51,828 bases of DNA from the NCBI GenBank assembly GCA_044233485.1, contig JBIIJY010000002.1, positions 74,047 through 125,874 of the forward strand, in the 5' to 3' direction. A program made the position numbers and the translations under genes. The notes beneath the pieces were generated by a model. That model did no database searches. It was not told the origin of the DNA and was given only the letters and a program-made list of their open reading frames with translations. Below are positions 34,468 to 42,629 of the stretch, in pieces. The DNA comes from Minisyncoccia bacterium (GTDB lineage Bacteria > Patescibacteriota > Minisyncoccia > Phycocordibacterales > UBA6065). Positions within the stretch are counted from its first letter, which is position 1. The number at the start of each line of letters is the position of its first letter.

Positions 34468-34897
34468 TCAACTCCAAAGAGAAAACTTTTTTGTAATCGA
34501 GTTTACTTCAGTAGCGGGTCCATAGAAGAGGGCGCCAAGGTATTCAAAGTCTTTCTCTTCCTTCAGAGAAATATGCGTAGAAAGCTCATCATCATGTGAA
34601 GTATCGAGCATCTCTCTTGGAAAATCCACATACAGCACATTCTTCTGAGTGCGTACCGCCTCCAGTGCCTTTCGCATTTCTACCGGGTTCCCTTTTTTAA
34701 TTATAAAGCCGTACCGAGCGATACCGCGATGATCGACACCTGAAGCATCTTTCAAGACTTCGCGCCCCATCAATTCAGCATCTTTATTTGCTCCGAGAGC
34801 GACAGCGAGATGCCCGACCACATTCATTGCTTTGCCACGTCTCTAGACCATCACTCACCACGCAAACTATTTTCCGATTTTTATACTCGTAAGTCAT
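34468..34897 (-). pseudogene. DUF2000-like protein, apparently frameshifted near 34828-34840
   Basis: The ATG at 34897 gives MTYEYKNRKIVCVVSDGLETWQ.. in one frame. The 119-aa ORF (MNVVGHLAVALGANKD...) continues in another frame. The join is at TGGCAAAGCAATG. Together they resemble a full-length DUF2000. Confidence 0.45.
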
Positions 34898-34957
34898 GTA
34901 TCATGATTATATCAGTAGAACTGTATCTTAATAGTATTTCAGGTTAAAATTACAAGT

Positions 34958-35500
34958 ATGAGTCTACTAATCGCCGCACGAAGATTCGCCCGGGAAGCAC
35001 ATCAACACATCATAACTCAGACAACCTCGGGTGATACACGGCCTCAATTCGAACACCTTCAGGAAGTGGCCGACCTGGTGTGGGCTTCAGGTGGAACTGA
35101 ACTCGAAATTATTGGGGCCTGGCTCCATGATTGCGTCGAAGACACTCAAGTCACATTCACTCAAATAGAAAGCATATTCGGAATAGATGTCAGAGAAATT
35201 GTCATGGGTCTTACAGATAAAGACGAATTAAACGGTCTCAGTAACGCAGAGAGAAAGCCACTGCAAGCAGAGCGAGTCAAAAACGAGAGTTCGAGTATAA
35301 GGAGAATCAAGCTTGCCGACCAGATTTCAAATATTCGTTTTGTAACAACTGACCCGAAACCTAGCTGGACTTTTGAGAGCAATCGAGATTACGTGATCGG
35401 GGCAAAGTTAATTGCAAACCAGTGTAGGGGAATCAGTACGGTTCTCGATGAACTCTTTGATAGTGAGTACACTAAAGCTACTGTGTTCTTCAAAATTTAA
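34958..35500 (+). CDS. HD-domain protein ((p)ppGpp-hydrolase/SpoT-N-like small hydrolase)
   Basis: FEHLQEVADLV...GAWLHDCVEDTQVTFTQIESIFG...IVMGLTDK...KLADQISN. TAAAAT at 34945-34950 lies 7 nt upstream of the ATG. Confidence 0.65.
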   Translation: MSLLIAARRFAREAHQHIITQTTSGDTRPQFEHLQEVADLVWASGGTELEIIGAWLHDCVEDTQVTFTQIESIFGIDVREIVMGLTDKDELNGLSNAERKPLQAERVKNESSSIRRIKLADQISNIRFVTTDPKPSWTFESNRDYVIGAKLIANQCRGISTVLDELFDSEYTKATVFFKI

Positions 35501-35548
35501 CCCCTTCCTGCATACGACTTCGAGCACGGAGGTGCTAAAATTATACCT

Positions 35549-35913
35549 ATGTTAAACGTATCTTCGATATTAATCAGTGTCTCGGACTTGAACAAAGCCC
35601 GGCCTTTTTATGAAACTGTCTTTGGTATGAAATTTGATGAATTTCGCCCACCTTTTGCCTCAGCTACATTAGGTAGTATTGAGTTCAATATCGAAGAAAA
35701 TGCCACATATCGTTCTCCTGACTGGCCAAAGCTCTATATTGGGGTCGGAAACAGGTATCATTCCAAACCGATGACCTTGATTCATTCGTCAAACAAGCAG
35801 TACTTTCTGGTGTAGAAATTATTAAAGAAGTGGAGACGAAACCTTGGAGATGGAAAGAGGTAATTATTGTCGATCCTGATGGTAATGAGTCTATTGTCGA
35901 GCAAGAGGAATAG
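35549..35913 (+). pseudogene. VOC/glyoxalase-family gene split by a frameshift (about 35722-35760)
   Basis: The first frame gives MLNVSSILISVSDLNKARPFYETVFGMKF...RSPDWPKLYIG. The frame open from 35722 gives ..VSFQTDDLDSFVKQAVLSGVEIIKEVETKPWRWKEVIIVDPDGNESIVEQEE* ending at 35913. A G4/A3 run lies at 35741-35751. Confidence 0.6.
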
Positions 35914-35925
35914 CGACTCACATAC

Positions 35926-36306
35926 ATGATTTACCTTAAATTCAAAGAAGTATCAGGAAGATTACCGACCTCAGAATACGAACTTATTAATGATAATGTA
36001 ATCGTTGGAATGATTCAGATTCGTCACAAACCTTCTCACGGAGTAGGCATTCCAGAAAGCATGGCAAGCAATATTTATTACGAAATTCTCCCTGAATACC
36101 GGTCGAAAGGTTATGGAAAACAAGTACTAGCTCTCGGTCTTGCGGAAGCTAAGAAAATTGGCCTAGAAGAAATTTCTATCACTTGCTTGGAGGACAACAT
36201 CGGTTCAAAGAAAATTATTGAGGCCAACGGCGGTATTTTTGTTGAAGATACTATGATTCCTAATGAAGGCAAGAAAATGCTCAAATACCGAATTTTGCTT
36301 AGTTGA
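35926..36306 (+). CDS. GNAT N-acetyltransferase
   Basis: YYEILPEYRSKGYGKQVLALGLAEAKKIGLEEISITCLEDNIGSKKIIEANGG. Confidence 0.75.
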   Translation: MIYLKFKEVSGRLPTSEYELINDNVIVGMIQIRHKPSHGVGIPESMASNIYYEILPEYRSKGYGKQVLALGLAEAKKIGLEEISITCLEDNIGSKKIIEANGGIFVEDTMIPNEGKKMLKYRILLS

Positions 36307-36472
36307 CCCGCAGACTTCACTTCAACTCTAAAACAATACTAAAAGATCCTTGGGATACCTCGCCGCTTCAGCAATTTAACCTACAATGACCTCATAGTTT
36401 TGCACGCCCGTTTGGTAGGCTTTTCAATTTACCAAGTACCCTCCCCTGCGAGCTTGGGTTATACTATTTTTC

Positions 36473-37051
36473 ATGAATGACATCATTTCATTTTTCGAAC
36501 AGTACAAAACCGTCTCAATCATCCTTCATGTTCTCTCCGTCGTACTCGGCATGGGAGCCGCACTTGTCTCGGACATTCTCTTTTCAAGTTATATCGTCGA
36601 TAAGAAAATCAACCCTACCGAAAACAGAACCCTCAGCCTTCTTTCTCGAGTTATCTGGATCAGTCTCAGTCTCATTGTCCTCACTGGCATTGCCATCTTT
36701 TTCTCAAACCCAGACAAATACCTTCATTCGGCAAAGTTCATTACCAAGATGAGTATTGTCGGTGTCCTCATTATTAACGGAATCCTCTTCATGAAAGTCA
36801 CTCATCAGGGCCTGAAGAAATTGAACTTTACAGATACCAATATTAACCACAAACTTGTCCGTGTCCGCAAATTATCTTTTGCCTTCGGTGCCGTATCTAT
36901 GACTTCATGGCTTTCAGCTTTCGTCCTCGGCTCGCTCTCAGTCGTTCCTTTGAGCCTTCCGGTACTTCTCGGAGCGTACGTCGCCGTACTTATCGTCGCG
37001 ATTGGAGCAAGCCAAATCCTCGAATACTCACTCACCCATAGCGGAAAGTAG
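36473..37051 (+). CDS. Hypothetical polytopic membrane protein (about 5 TM)
   Basis: Hydrophobic segments throughout. TATACT at 36460-36465 lies 7 nt upstream of the ATG. Confidence 0.55.
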   Translation: MNDIISFFEQYKTVSIILHVLSVVLGMGAALVSDILFSSYIVDKKINPTENRTLSLLSRVIWISLSLIVLTGIAIFFSNPDKYLHSAKFITKMSIVGVLIINGILFMKVTHQGLKKLNFTDTNINHKLVRVRKLSFAFGAVSMTSWLSAFVLGSLSVVPLSLPVLLGAYVAVLIVAIGASQILEYSLTHSGK

Positions 37052-37089
37052 TCATCGGAGGCTCCTTGGAGTACAATCTCGGGACAGGT

Positions 37090-37932
37090 ATGAATAGGAA
37101 GCATAGCAAGCCATCTAAAGCACGTATACAGAAATTTCAAGAGACAGTATTGGATTTTTATCGTGCGCACGGCCGTGTACTACCCTGGCGAGAGACGCAG
37201 GATCCGTATCAGATTTGGATCTCTGAAGTCATGCTCCAGCAGACCCAAGTCTCACGTGTGATAACAAAATACACAGAGTTTCTTCGTGATTTCCCGACAG
37301 TAGAAAAATTGGCAAAAGCGGAACTCGCGGAGGTGCTTTTGCACTGGAAAGGGCTCGGCTACAACTCTCGAGCGAAGAACCTTTGGAAGACCGCGCGACT
37401 GATCGTAGATACATACCGAGGAATATTCCCCCGCGACCCAGACACACTAGACTCGCTTCCCGGCATCGGGCCATACACTGCTCGAGCGATAGCGACATTC
37501 TCTTTCAATACACGACATGTCTTTATTGAGACAAATATTCGAGCAGTGTATCTCCATGAGTTTTTTAATGGAGTGGGAAAAATTACCGACGCTGATTTAC
37601 TTCCCCTCATTGAGGCCACCCTTCCTCAAAAAAACTATCGGGAGTGGTACAGTGCGCTGATGGACTACGGCAGTGAGTTAAAGCGGCTCTTCCCCAACCC
37701 ATCTCGTCAAAGTGCCCACCACACTCGCCAGACACCCTTCAAGGGCTCACGACGAGAACTTCGCGCGGCGATTCTTTTTCATCTTCTCTCACATCCAAAC
37801 GACAAATCAGTAGCACTACAGAAAGCACTCGCGAAAAAACTTCCACATCGAAAGTTACTCGCCGAAGAACTAGATGCTATATATCAAGAATTACTATCTG
37901 AGGGGCTGCTCGGTAGGACTATCGAATCGTAA
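37090..37932 (+). CDS. HhH-GPD DNA glycosylase (MutY/Nth-like). No Fe-S Cys cluster and no NUDIX-like tail seen
   Basis: LPWRETQDPYQIWISEVMLQQTQV...WKGLGYNSRAKNL...LPGIGPYTARAI...MDYGS. I chose the ATG at 37090; the track start is TTG at 37066. Confidence 0.7.
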   Translation: MNRKHSKPSKARIQKFQETVLDFYRAHGRVLPWRETQDPYQIWISEVMLQQTQVSRVITKYTEFLRDFPTVEKLAKAELAEVLLHWKGLGYNSRAKNLWKTARLIVDTYRGIFPRDPDTLDSLPGIGPYTARAIATFSFNTRHVFIETNIRAVYLHEFFNGVGKITDADLLPLIEATLPQKNYREWYSALMDYGSELKRLFPNPSRQSAHHTRQTPFKGSRRELRAAILFHLLSHPNDKSVALQKALAKKLPHRKLLAEELDAIYQELLSEGLLGRTIES

Positions 37933-39604
37933 CATCATCGATCGGCGCAATCTTTCGCTTGAAGAGCTTGAGTCGAAGTGAGGCAATCGCTTCACGAATC
38001 TCTTGATTGCCAAGCACCACAAGCACACCGACCCAGACACCAAAACCAATCCCGCCAGCAAACAAGAACTGCTTAGCGATTCCTACGCCAGTATTTTGGT
38101 CAAACCATGAGGCTGAGACCTGAAGTCCACCGTAGATAAAATAGCCAGCCAGAAACGATGCAAGAAACGACTGCAGAACCGTCGTACGCAGATACACTTC
38201 TCGGATTGGCAAAAGTGCGACCATTTTGCGGTAGAGGAGAAGCGCAATGACACTGGTACCGAGACTATACCCGAGCACCGCGATAATCACCTCTTTACCT
38301 GGGATAGCACTGATACGCAGTGCACGGAAAAGCCATTCGAAAGCCTCTGGTGAGCTGGCATAGAATTTGTACAAAAAATACGATCCAAAAGTCATAGTCA
38401 CAAAACCAACCAGGTTGACCATGAACGGCACGAGAGTCTTCCCGGTAGCATACATCGCCCTCACCAGAACGACGACAAAACTTTGAGCGATCGCTGAAAT
38501 ACTAAAGAGGGCAAAACAAGCGGCGGTGAGGCGAGTATCCGTCCAATCGAATGACGCTGAACTTCCAAACGCCAATCGCACCATATGGGCGCGCAAGACG
38601 ACGAATGAGAAGATGATCGGCATTGACCAAAAGATAATGTGCTTCAGGACACCAAAAAGACTCTGCTCGAACTCACGATATTTTTCTTGTTGCCAAAACT
38701 CAGAGAGCAGAGGAAAGGCAGCAAGCGAGTAGCTGATTCCGATAAGCGACAATGGAATCGACTGTAGGTTAAAGGCGAAGTTAAACACAGACACGGCACC
38801 ATCTCCTGCACGAGAAGCTAGGGCATTCAAATATAAAAGCGCTAGTGAGCTAGCAGCCAGTGCAAGAGTTCGAGGTACAGATACTTTAAATACTGCCCCC
38901 ACTTCCCCTACAAAATCTTTAGGGTTCTCGAAAGCGTAGAGTCGAGGAAAGAGTCCCGCTTTAATGACGTACGGTACATGTACAGCCATGTGCAGGAGTG
39001 CTCCGAGCACCACCCCACACGCTAAACCGACCACTCCCCAGAGTGGATAAAAGAAGAGTACGCCAGCAATAATCCCCGCATTGTAAAATACTGGCGAGAG
39101 TGCGTAGAGGAAAAAACGCTTATGTGCCTGTGTGATGCCAGCCAAGAAGTTGGACACACCGAGCAGGATCGGTGAAAGAAGTAGAACACGGGTCAACAAG
39201 AGAAGTTCACCTCCCCGTGAGAGCCAGAGTGCAGGGAAAAGCTTTGGCAAGAGATATGGAGCCAGAAAGAAGGCTCCGAGCGTCATGGCGAGCACAAGAA
39301 GTATATAGACAGAAAAAATCTTCGAGAGAAACTCTCGTTCAGATTTTTTGTCACGTGAGACGAGGTACGGAACAAGCACCGAAATGGAGACGAGTGAGGC
39401 GATGGTCACATAGAGAAAATCAGGAATCTTGAACGCGGCATAGTATGTATCAAGCGTTGCTCCGGCACCAAACGTACCAGCAAAAATCCGGTCACGTAAC
39501 AGCCCAAGCACTTGAGAGACAAGCGAAAAAATTGCAAGCAAATACGCAGCTTCATGCAAGCCGCGTATCTCCTTATGAAAAACTTTGAAAAATTTTTCTA
39601 CCAT
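37919..39604 (-). CDS. murJ: Lipid II flippase MurJ/MviN
   Basis: SQVLGLLRDRIFAGTFGAGATLDTYYAAFKIPDFLY and about 14 TM helices. Confidence 0.85.
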   Translation of the reverse strand: MVEKFFKVFHKEIRGLHEAAYLLAIFSLVSQVLGLLRDRIFAGTFGAGATLDTYYAAFKIPDFLYVTIASLVSISVLVPYLVSRDKKSEREFLSKIFSVYILLVLAMTLGAFFLAPYLLPKLFPALWLSRGGELLLLTRVLLLSPILLGVSNFLAGITQAHKRFFLYALSPVFYNAGIIAGVLFFYPLWGVVGLACGVVLGALLHMAVHVPYVIKAGLFPRLYAFENPKDFVGEVGAVFKVSVPRTLALAASSLALLYLNALASRAGDGAVSVFNFAFNLQSIPLSLIGISYSLAAFPLLSEFWQQEKYREFEQSLFGVLKHIIFWSMPIIFSFVVLRAHMVRLAFGSSASFDWTDTRLTAACFALFSISAIAQSFVVVLVRAMYATGKTLVPFMVNLVGFVTMTFGSYFLYKFYASSPEAFEWLFRALRISAIPGKEVIIAVLGYSLGTSVIALLLYRKMVALLPIREVYLRTTVLQSFLASFLAGYFIYGGLQVSASWFDQNTGVGIAKQFLFAGGIGFGVWVGVLVVLGNQEIREAIASLRLKLFKRKIAPIDDVTIR

Positions 39605-39610
39605 TCAGTC

Positions 39611-42064
39611 TTATCTCTTAGGGGGAGTCTTTACCGTACTTGCCGGAATTTTTTTCTGATTCTCATCCTCACGGATTTCTTTTGCTTTCTTTGTCGCTTC
39701 ACTCGTACTTACTGCGGCTTCTCCACTGAAGATGTTTCCACCTTTCTCTAGAGTGCTGACCACTGTCTTCAAGTTCTCGTTTGCCGGATTCGCCTCGAGA
39801 AGAAGCTTCGCGATACGTAGACCTTCCGCTCGATTACCGTTGCGGACTTCAGAGAGCATCAGCATGAGCGCTGCATCTTGATAACCTGGTGTGTACTGAA
39901 GAGCTAGAACAAAACTCTTTACCGCTAAATCGTAATTCTTTGCTTCATAGTGTAAGAGTCCAATATTGTGAGCAATGATCGAAAGTGACTCTCGGCGAAG
40001 TGGTGTTGAACTTCCGAAATTGGTGTAGTAGTAATCACCGTACTGAGAGAGGAACTGAATCGCTCCATCGACCTGCTTTCGCTCGACCAAGTACTGCGCA
40101 TAGAAAAATGCAGCATTGAGATAGTCTTGTTTTCGCTGAAGGGCTTCAGCTACAAAACGATCAGTTGAAGTTGCATCACCGACCGCACGAGCAAGCTGCG
40201 CTTGATAGAGCGGAATATCTGGATTAAGTGGATTATAGGTACGTGCAGTCGCATAGGCTGACTGAGCATTCTGATACCCTTGTGCATCGCCGAGGACCAG
40301 GCGTGCTTCGTATACACGAGCTTGGGCAACGTAGTTTTGATAATTCTGTGAATCCTTTGCGAGTGCCTTCTGCGATTCACTCAAGGCCATGTCGACGAGC
40401 TCTTTGACGCGAATCGTTCGCTCCTTCTCATCAGTTGTCGTGCTTTGGACGAGGACATTTGCCTGAGCAAGGGCAAGATCTGCTCGGAGTACGTGATACA
40501 GATCGGAATTGTTGAGGGCAAGGGCACGGAGCAAGTTTGCATCAGCAGCTTCGGCATCTTGATTCTGGGTGAATGCTGTCTGAGCTCTAACTACGAAGAA
40601 GAATGCAGCTGTATTTTTGACCACACCAGCCACGAGCACAATAAGTGCAAGCGTCGGAACTGCGAGGCCAGCAAAGACAAGTATTCCACGACTTCCTTCT
40701 GTGATTGTAATATCACGATACCCGCTTCCTCGAGCCTTGAAATACAAAGTCAGCTTATATGCTTCAGCAATAAACAGAACCAAGAGTAGTGCTGGATTCG
40801 GGATCAAGAGAATAAACGCCGCCCATACATAGATACTGACGTATGAAGCCAAGAGGAAGCTCGTCTTTGATTCAGAGTCGACTAGACGATACCCTTTGAA
40901 TGCCAGCCAAAGGGTTGAAAGTATAAGAACAATGAGAAGGAACACTCCCACTAGCCCACTAGTGATCAGGAGGGTTGGAAGAAGTCCGGGACCATAACTC
41001 AAATCGACATTTTTAAAATCAACATTTCCGAAACTCTCATAGTTGATCGAAACGGGCTTAAACTTTGACCACTCATAGGTGAATGTCTGAAGACCTGTAC
41101 CGAAAAGCCAATTTCCTTTGAGTGACTCTTTGGCGATGTTGAGAGTTGTCGCCATTGAAGGACTGAAGGTGTTTTCAATCGGTGCGATACTAGTCTTTCT
41201 ATAGATATAGTCGCGTGGCAGATTCCCGAAAAAGAGCGTTGCTAGTGAGAATACTGTAATTGCAGTCAATACAATAATCTGTGCCTTCTTAAATACCGCC
41301 ACCAGAGATGCTGTTTTTTTCTTTTCATCAAGAACTCGTCTTGTGAGAAGGACGACAAAAAAGAGAGAGATAAATATCCATTCAAGGATACCTGAGAGAT
41401 TGCCGCCCAAGTAAAAGAGTGTGCCCGCGAACAATACCGCAGTAACCATAACAACTCGACGGAGATTCCTACTGAGTGTGGCGTCGGTAAGTGTAAACAA
41501 GAGAATAAACAGGATGACCGCATTGAGAGAAATGAAATCACCGAGTGTGCCAAACAAGTTTGCAGAGACTCCACTGAAGAAGCCAAATGAAAGGATCTCT
41601 GCTAGCCCGAATAGCCGAGCAACAAACCAGACCAGTCCTAGAGTTCCACCGATTATAAAACCACGAGTCCACGAATTGATCCGTGTTGCATCATCTCGAA
41701 GGAGAATGAGTGCGTAGTAGAACAAGTACATCGGAAATACGATACTGACGAGCGTCCCCACTTCGAAAGCTCGTCCGAAAAGCGACATGCTTACATTTTC
41801 AGAGAAAAAGGCCGAGAGAGCGAGCCCGACCCCAGCAATCACGATTGTCCAGTACTCGTAGGTACTACCAATGAGATATGTTCGCTCTTTCCAGGCAACA
41901 TAAACATACACGAGTGCAGTCACGAGAGCGATAAGTCCGAGGATGATTGTCTTATGTGAAGCGAGCGGAATGGCGGTTATCGGGAAAAAGAGTATCGGCA
42001 GAAGGAAAAAAACCGCTGTATATAGCTTACTCACCAGTGGAAACAATCGTGCTCGAGGATTCAT
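39611..42064 (-). CDS. 817-aa polytopic membrane protein (O-antigen-ligase-like topology) with a long C-terminal TPR region
   Basis: About 12 TM helices in the first 480 aa. TPR-like repeats follow (YHVLRADLALAQ..., YVAQARVYEARL..., AQSAYATARTYNP..., YDLAVKSFVLALQYTPGY). Similar layout to 23408..25246. Confidence 0.5.
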   Translation of the reverse strand: MNPRARLFPLVSKLYTAVFFLLPILFFPITAIPLASHKTIILGLIALVTALVYVYVAWKERTYLIGSTYEYWTIVIAGVGLALSAFFSENVSMSLFGRAFEVGTLVSIVFPMYLFYYALILLRDDATRINSWTRGFIIGGTLGLVWFVARLFGLAEILSFGFFSGVSANLFGTLGDFISLNAVILFILLFTLTDATLSRNLRRVVMVTAVLFAGTLFYLGGNLSGILEWIFISLFFVVLLTRRVLDEKKKTASLVAVFKKAQIIVLTAITVFSLATLFFGNLPRDYIYRKTSIAPIENTFSPSMATTLNIAKESLKGNWLFGTGLQTFTYEWSKFKPVSINYESFGNVDFKNVDLSYGPGLLPTLLITSGLVGVFLLIVLILSTLWLAFKGYRLVDSESKTSFLLASYVSIYVWAAFILLIPNPALLLVLFIAEAYKLTLYFKARGSGYRDITITEGSRGILVFAGLAVPTLALIVLVAGVVKNTAAFFFVVRAQTAFTQNQDAEAADANLLRALALNNSDLYHVLRADLALAQANVLVQSTTTDEKERTIRVKELVDMALSESQKALAKDSQNYQNYVAQARVYEARLVLGDAQGYQNAQSAYATARTYNPLNPDIPLYQAQLARAVGDATSTDRFVAEALQRKQDYLNAAFFYAQYLVERKQVDGAIQFLSQYGDYYYTNFGSSTPLRRESLSIIAHNIGLLHYEAKNYDLAVKSFVLALQYTPGYQDAALMLMLSEVRNGNRAEGLRIAKLLLEANPANENLKTVVSTLEKGGNIFSGEAAVSTSEATKKAKEIREDENQKKIPASTVKTPPKR

Positions 42065-42153
42065 ACTAATAATGCTTATTTTATAATGTAATAACGAAAC
42101 TAGTATATCAGAAATTTGTTTTTACATGTTCACAGAATCAGCCTTTTCTGCAC

Positions 42154-42213
42154 AAAAAACTCCGCCCTACACAGACAGACTTTTACGTTCTGTACATGTA
42201 GGGCGGAGTTTTT
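42154..42213. terminator. Long-stem bidirectional terminator downstream of rnpB
   Basis: AAAAAACTCCGCCCTACA-(25 nt)-TGTAGGGCGGAGTTTTT. Confidence 0.7.
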
Positions 42214-42216
42214 CTT

Positions 42217-42563
42217 GAGCACATCTATAAGCCGAATTCTGTACCATCATATCTTCATATGCTGGCAGTAAGCATTTATCTGGGATGACCATTACTGGTC
42301 ACCTCGAGCGGTTCTCTCGTACGTATTGCTACGCTTGAGCACGACCTTGCATGGGAGTAAGGATTTAGCCGTTGCACCTTGTAGTTTCCCACAAGCTCAC
42401 CCTGACGGGTGTCCTGCCCTTTCGAGCACAGACGTCTCTGTTCGCACCTCGCACATTACTGTGGATGGGTATTACCCACTACCGCACTCTTCCTTACGGA
42501 AGCCAAGTTCGGACTTTCCTCTCCAGAGAGTTTCCCCTCCAAAGCGCTTACTCAATGTGCTAA
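42217..42563 (-). ncRNA. rnpB: RNase P RNA (bacterial type A)
   Basis: On the reverse strand: GGAGAGGAAAGTCCGAAC (P4 5' strand) near the 5' end and ACAGAATTCGGCTTATAG (P4 3' strand) near the 3' end. P1 pairing AGCACAT/ATGTGCT. GGGAAAC and GAAAGGGCAGG loops. The ends are approximate. Confidence 0.85.
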
Positions 42564-42583
42564 TATATATTATACCACAAAAA

Positions 42584-42614
42584 ATCAAAAAGTGCACGGG
42601 GTGCACTTTTTGAT
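42584..42614 (-). terminator. Rho-independent terminator after nrdJ
   Basis: ATCAAAAAGTGCAC-GGG-GTGCACTTTTTGAT. Confidence 0.75.
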
Positions 42615-42629
42615 TTTAAATTCGCTAGT

